Assembly (NCBI GenBank): GCA_035561135.1 | Contig: DATMYA010000023.1 | Coordinates: 75,886-139,885 of the forward strand | Length of the DNA stretch: 64,000 bases | Direction of reading: 5' to 3' | Source: Clostridia bacterium | GTDB taxonomy: Bacteria > Acidobacteriota > Terriglobia > Terriglobales > Acidobacteriaceae | Part shown: piece by piece, positions 62,684 through 64,000 of the stretch | Layout: each line of letters opens with the position of its first letter | Numbering within the stretch: the first letter of the stretch is position 1 | Translations under genes and position numbers: made by a program | Notes under the pieces: generated by a model | Databases searched by the model: none | What the model saw: only the letters and a program-made list of their open reading frames with translations | What the model was told of the DNA's origin: nothing

Positions 62684-64000
62684 CTACTTGCCTGCGGGAA
62701 CGAGCACCACGACATCGTTTGCGGGAATCGTCAGCAAGGCCGCCGGTTCGCTGCCCTTCAGCAGTTCGCGCATTGGCGCTGGTAACGAAATCTTCTGCGC
62801 CTCTGGGCTGTGGTTGATCAGGATGAATAACTCTTTGTCGTGACTAACGCGCCGGCATACCTCTACACCGGACGGAACCGGGCCAAGTGCAGGCTTCACA
62901 CCAGCGTCCTCGACCATCCACTTCGAAAGCCCGGCCATGATGCTCTCATCAAATTGACCGCCCACGTAGGTGACGCGTCCGGAACCGAGCTTCCGTGAAA
63001 TTACCGCCGGCTGCCCGTCGAGCCATCCGTTGCTCTTGCCGAACTTAAGCAAAACCTCGACGTCGGGCGCACTCGTCCGCAGCATTTCCGCCCAGGTTTT
63101 TGCTTCGCCCGATCCCAATGCGCCGCTTACGGGCACGTTCTTTTCCAGCGCGAAGAACTCGGCGACCTCGCCGCCCAGCAGGTTCGACAGCAGCTTGCCA
63201 GGTTGCAGAGAAGGCTTCAGCGCGTTGTGCTCGTCCTTCATGCCGGTGCGCGCGCCAATCACGAGGTGACCACCGGCCTTAACGTACTCGACCAGTTGCT
63301 GCTCCGTACTGTCGGGCAGCACGTTCAACGCCGGCGCTACTACCAGCTTGTAGTGCGAGAGTGGTGCCGTTGGATGAACGATATCAATATCCTGCGTGAG
63401 CTGGCGCAATGGCCGATAATAGGTTTGAAGGTGAGTGTTTGGATCGAAGTCCTTGTTGTGCTTCTGGAACTCGATTGCCCATCGGCTGTCGTAGTCATAC
63501 AGAATTGCCGTTTGCGGCGCGGGTGAGGTGCCTTTGATCGCGTCGGCTATCTTCGCGAACTCACGCCCAAGCTCCGCAACTTCGTCATACACCGGACGCG
63601 GTTTGCCATCCGCCCCGAGCAGGCTGCCATGGTATTGCTCCTGGCCTCCCAGGGCGTTGCGCCACTGCCAATAAGCCACGGCGTCCGCGCCATGTCCAAT
63701 CGCCTCCCATGCCATGCGCCGAACTTCCCCGCGATCGAGCATGTTGTTCACATCCGCCCAATTGACCGACCCGGGCTGAGTCTCCATGACCCAAAAGCTC
63801 TTTCGCTTGAAGCCGCGAGTGAGGTCATGCGCCGCACCCTTTCGAACTGGATCAAGATGTCCGGTGCCCACGTAGTTGTCCCAGGACGCGAAATTGAGTT
63901 CCTGCGCTACGAGGTAGTGATCGAATCCGCCGTAGAAGCCCATGAAGTTGTGCGTGATGAACTGGCGCGGGTCGGCGTGGGCGCGTATGGCTTCGATCTG
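62684..64000 (-). CDS. GH42-family beta-galactosidase, C-terminal ~440 aa (gene continues beyond the window)
   Basis: FWVMETQPGSVNWA...AHGADAVAYWQWRNALGGQEQYHGSLL is the GH42 catalytic-region pattern. The frame stays open to position 64000, so the track Met at 63943 is internal. Confidence 0.85.
   Translation of the reverse strand, partial: QIEAIRAHADPRQFITHNFMGFYGGFDHYLVAQELNFASWDNYVGTGHLDPVRKGAAHDLTRGFKRKSFWVMETQPGSVNWADVNNMLDRGEVRRMAWEAIGHGADAVAYWQWRNALGGQEQYHGSLLGADGKPRPVYDEVAELGREFAKIADAIKGTSPAPQTAILYDYDSRWAIEFQKHNKDFDPNTHLQTYYRPLRQLTQDIDIVHPTAPLSHYKLVVAPALNVLPDSTEQQLVEYVKAGGHLVIGARTGMKDEHNALKPSLQPGKLLSNLLGGEVAEFFALEKNVPVSGALGSGEAKTWAEMLRTSAPDVEVLLKFGKSNGWLDGQPAVISRKLGSGRVTYVGGQFDESIMAGLSKWMVEDAGVKPALGPVPSGVEVCRRVSHDKELFILINHSPEAQKISLPAPMRELLKGSEPAALLTIPANDVVVLVPAGK

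Noticed and set aside
1-64000. Searched by eye for CRISPR arrays, tRNA/rRNA/tmRNA/RNase P-like genes, transposases, integrases, phage modules, toxin-antitoxin pairs, reverse transcriptases and known riboswitch cores in the longer intergenic regions (9963-10213, 14697-14978, 19073-19491, 27031-27418, 36183-36414, 39004-39295, 40547-40909, 47745-48089).
   Set aside because: I recognised none. This is a manual reading. tRNAscan-SE, Infernal/Rfam and a defence-system or IS scanner should be run to confirm their absence.

Overview
This 64 kb window looks like ordinary chromosomal backbone of a moderately GC-rich soil bacterium (about 55-60% GC by eye, not computed). I guess Acidobacteriota, from the futalosine-pathway mqnA/mqnC/mqnD genes, a FecR-domain protein with aromatic YGW-type repeats, many secreted hypotheticals, and palindromic GTSAYCCTGAG...GAAGGATC repeats. 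That taxonomic call is inference only.

I can support about 56 protein-coding genes.
- **DNA maintenance:** ruvC, dprA, topA, uvrB.
- **Central metabolism and biosynthesis:** glgA, rsmA, nuoB, mqnA/C/D, an NfnAB-like pair, a fused 2-oxoacid dehydrogenase E1 and a GH42 beta-galactosidase.
- **Transport:** SSF symporter, APC permease, BioY, MlaEF.
- **Signalling:** a PDZ-bearing histidine kinase with an NtrC-type regulator, an HD-GYP protein and a PilZ protein.
- **Other:** two GT2 glycosyltransferases, several peptidases, and roughly a dozen hypothetical, mostly secreted or membrane proteins.

Many ORF-track entries start at the first ATG/GTG/TTG of the open frame. I moved starts downstream where a Shine-Dalgarno sequence, signal peptide or family N-terminus supported it.

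I recognised no rRNA, tRNA, CRISPR array, transposase, integrase, phage or toxin-antitoxin genes. I also did not find a convincing self-contained novel multi-gene system.

The observations most worth a second look are:
- a sensor-kinase/sigma54-regulator pair directly upstream of an MlaEF pair that lacks MlaD;
- a roughly 90 bp MITE/REP-like palindromic element present twice in opposite orientations;
- four iteron-like decamers with 22-23 bp periodicity upstream of a solitary nuoB;
- an orphan plus-strand intrinsic terminator inside a 419 bp non-coding gap;
- an isolated AAA+ ATPase cassette;
- two small ORFs below the ORF-track length cut-off.

All family calls come from reading motifs in the translations. 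None has been checked by a database search.
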